From Saccostrea echinata (Eukaryota), in assembly GCF_033153115.1 (NCBI RefSeq), contig NW_026889765.1, forward strand, positions 14,942,001 to 15,006,000: a stretch of DNA of 64,000 nt, written 5' to 3'. How positions within the stretch are numbered: the stretch's first letter is position 1; every line of letters starts with the position of its first letter. The notes below the pieces were generated by a model. The model made no database searches. It saw only the letters and a program-made list of their open reading frames with translations, and was not told where the DNA came from. Position numbers and translations under genes: made by a program. Shown here in pieces: positions 60,728 to 64,000 of the stretch.

Positions 60728-63265
60728 TTGATTCCTCGACACCAAAATACAGGCTCGGATCTGTGTTTGTTTGTTTGTATGTTGTTTAACGTCCCTCTCG
60801 AGAATTTTTCACTCATATGGAGACGCCGCCGCTTGCCGATGGAGAGCTGCAAATTTTGTCCTATACTCGGCACTTACGGCCATTGAGCAGTGAGGGATCT
60901 TTTTCGTGCCAGCACCTACTGCGACACGGGACCTCGGCTTATACGGTCTCATCCGAAGGACCGGTCTCCACGTCCCACAGTGGGATTCGAACCCGCGACG
61001 TAAGGATCAACTCCTTACTTCGCGACTCTAGAACAGACGCTCTATCCACTGCGCCACGCGGGCGACCGGATCTGTGGTTATGGATATTGCAAATCATAGG
61101 CTTTTTAAACCGCCACGTTTTACAGAAGAAAATGCAGCTATAACAACTTGTTTTTTCCTTAAACTTTAATATGCCAACAAAGAAATTGACGCGGTTAATA
61201 TAAATAATATTCTTAATCACAAATCCAGTCTTATATTCCATCATATTTCAAGATGAAGACTACACCTTGTATTTCCTACAAATATACATCGACTTTTGCT
61301 TCCAAACTTTTTAATTACAAGAAAACTATACAGAGCCTAGATATCGAATCTCTGAAACATAATCCTCCTTCCTCTTCATGTTCTTCACCCTACAACTATA
61401 GTCCTGCTGGATACGTTATTACTGGTGACGTAAATATAGTTAATAATGAAAACCTTAAATCATTAATTTTAAAATGGTCAAAATTTTGGGAACCCCGATC
61501 TTTTAACTGGCGTCATAATTTCATAAATATTATTGGGATTCTGTGGAAATTTACGCCAGGCGATGGGCCAAACATGAAAAAGAAGACATTGACACGTAGT
61601 CAGAATAGATTAAATGCATTGAGTGTACTTTAAAATCTGTAAAATTGAGGGGCAAAATAAAAACCAACTATCCTTCTGTGTTCAATAATTCAGAAGTGAA
61701 AAAAGAATTAAATAGATTACACGATCAGTATGTATTGGTCCCTGCTGACAAAGCAGCTAACAACATTGTCTTTGTAAGGCTCATAATTTAAATTGTATTT
61801 TAGAGGAACTGGGATTTTTATCCTACAAGTGGTAATCCAACTTATACCCATAGCTCCTTTTCTAAGAGGGATATTCTTCAAAATCAGATGTCAGTTTTGA
61901 ATATTTTTGATATTCCCAACAACCAACATGAATTTGAATTACCATATCTTTATTGGATCCCGAAATCTTCATTACAAACAGATACAGAGCGGGGTTCCAG
62001 TAAATGTTCTTCCAAGCCTCTTTCTTTGATCCTCACTAAAATATTAACAGTAGTGAAGGAGAAATTTCAGGAGTACTGTGCAACAATATATTCGAGAAGT
62101 GGTGTAAATCAGATGTGGATATTTAAGAATTCCAAGGAACTTTTGGAAAATTTGAAATCACAACATAAAAACTTTTCAACTTTATATACAACCATTCACC
62201 TTAATAAATTAAAGTCCAGGCATTTTGATATCATTGACAGCTGCTTTTTCAATAAAAATGGAACTCGTAAATTTTCTTACATTGTCATTGGTCATTTGGA
62301 AAATTATTTTGTTAAAACATTCTGATTGTACACACAAGTACTCTGAAGTTGATATCAAAAAAATGCTTGAGTTTCTGATTGACAATACCTATATGGTTTT
62401 TGGAGACCAGGTCTTCCAACAATCTATTGGAATTCCATTGGGTACCAATTGCGCCAATTGCAATTGCAGATCTATTTTTGTATTAATATGAAGCAAAGTT
62501 TGTCAAAAATCTTATACGTGAAAAGAAGAAAACACTTGCTGTGGCCTTCAACTCGATTTTAGATATATCGATGTATTGTCAATTAACAATGGTTATTTCC
62601 ATTCTTATGTCGATACGATATATCCTGGTGAGCTTGAGATAAAAGATACCACAGAGTCGGACACATCTGTTTCATATTTGGATATTTTACTAGAAAAAGA
62701 CGTTAATGGTAAACTAACAACAAAGCTTTATGATAAACGTGATGACTTTAACTTTTCAATCGTCAACTTTCCTTACTTATGCAGCATGCAATATACCTTC
62801 ATTACCTGCATACGGGGTTTATATCTCTCAGTTGATTCGATATGCAAGAACATGCTCTACGTATGTACAATTTCTAAAACGAGGTAAATTATTGACAAAC
62901 AAGTTGATGAATCAAGAATATCAGCAGTCTCGTTTAAAGTCACCATTTCGTAATTTCTATGGTCGATACAATGACCTTGTCAGCAAGTACAATTTATCAT
63001 TGAGTCAAATGCTGACTGACTTTTTTCATACTAATTGTCAGACCATTATTTACACACTGAATTGTCGACGTATTTTTTCGTTATTTCCCGATCATGACAA
63101 AGAGCACACGGCGGGTGTGACCGGTCGGCAGGGGATGCTCACTCCTCCATGGCACCTGATCCCACCTCTGATGATTTAGAGGTCCGTGTTTGTTCTGCTC
63201 CAAAATTTGTATTGTTTAATGGACTTTTTAGCTTGAATACTCGTTATCTCCATATATTCCATTCT
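60728..63265 (+). mobile_element. 5'-truncated Naiad-type Penelope-like retroelement
   Basis: Frameshifted ORF: decayed CxC linker (PPSSSCSSPYNYSPAGYVITGD), LVPADKAANN, LPYLYWIPK, YSRSGVNQMWI, FSTLYTTI, QQSIGIPLGTNC, RYID, KLYDKRDDF, PAYGVYISQLIRYAR. The ORF ends after the RT/thumb with no C-terminal GIY-YIG. Confidence 0.85.
60766..61066 (-). mobile_element. Full-length Deu/Nin-domain tRNA SINE inserted in the Naiad element
   Basis: Reverse complement of the 5918 copy; TSD CGGATCTGTG (60756-60765 / 61067-61076). Confidence 0.93.
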
Positions 63266-64000
63266 TGCATGCAGTTTATGTCTACTCACAGTTTATGTTA
63301 CATAAATAGTACTCACCATTTTGAAGTTCCAGATTCGATCAAAACAACTGCATTTCATTTCAATATGACATGGATTTCTAGTTATTTCAAATATGTACAA
63401 TATATATTGGAATGACTGTGATAGAAAAGTTAGAGGCAGAAAGGCCGGGAGTAAACGTACTGCTTATATTATATGAGCTTAATATATATAGAAATACATA
63501 CATATACCGAGTCAATAAGTTTCAGATCTAAAGTTTTCAAACAGTAGAATAACGTATCAGTATCTACACTCCCTTGGATTTAATTTTTATAATTTGTATA
63601 CATTAATAATGGCATGTTTTATTATATCAACGGAGTTGTGTTGTACAATAAACACACATCAAGAAAAAATAAGAATATAGACATTACCATTATTTACAAT
63701 GAAAAGTAAGGGAAAAATCAAATAAAATAACATTTGAGGTAACAATCTCAAAATATGCGTTAACAATATGCTTCATAATAAATGTCTATGGAAAGGTTCC
63801 TTCTATCTCTTCATAAAGTGATAAAATGAAAACGAATCATTACTTGTATGTAGTCTAAAGTCATTGACCGTAACGAAATCGACAAGCTTTTTGTAAAAAC
63901 TGAAACCAATCCCGGCCCTGTAGGTCCAAGCTCTATTTATAATGAAGTGATCCTTTTTTGTCACGAGCAGATTTGATAACAGATTTTGAAATTCCGAATC

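Larger units (their letters stand above)
59776..63450 (+). pseudogene. Decayed duplicate of the large EGF exon, split by a Penelope-like insertion
   Basis: 59776-60727 aligns to ~53381-54645 (IVTNGQRFCICPPGLS..LLRFLCVCKQKDIPKIPD) with deletions and frameshifts; alignment resumes at ~63272-63450 (YINSTHHFEVP..FHFNMTWISSYFK). Confidence 0.92.

Noticed and set aside
61253-63179. Selenocysteine recoding in this Naiad copy
   Set aside because: The breaks I could trace are frameshifts and deletions; I saw no in-frame TGA at conserved Cys positions.

Overview
AT-rich, intron-containing animal DNA. The repeat families (Helentron/HINE-type elements, Deu/Nin-domain SINEs, Naiad-type Penelope-like elements, Kolobok-like MITEs) suggest a bivalve mollusc, probably an oyster; this is inference. 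Five genes were reconstructed by hand from splice sites and frames. (1) The 3' four exons of a nicotinic-receptor-like pentameric ligand-gated ion channel (+, 1838-3690) that lacks the first Cys-loop cysteine and has a very short M3-M4 loop. (2, 3) Two tandem, apparently intact 11-exon polypeptide GalNAc-transferase paralogs (-, 10445-27833 and 38938-45533). (4) A 5-exon class A GPCR (+, 47243-51628). (5) A signal peptide-CUB-EGF-TM protein (+, from ~52299), followed by a decayed copy of its big exon. The rest is mostly transposon-derived. The most striking structure is in GALNT-A intron 10: a 3.4-kb fold-back element whose arms are inverted 47-bp tandem arrays, inside a MITE with a 9-bp TSD, inside a mariner relic. 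There is also a separate CTATGG-ended fold-back family with 4-bp TSDs, a duplicated in-frame splice acceptor, a degenerate minimal hammerhead ribozyme and a Pol III-like unit inside a DNA transposon. Most short ORFs in the supplied track are spurious. All family assignments come from motif recognition, not database searches.
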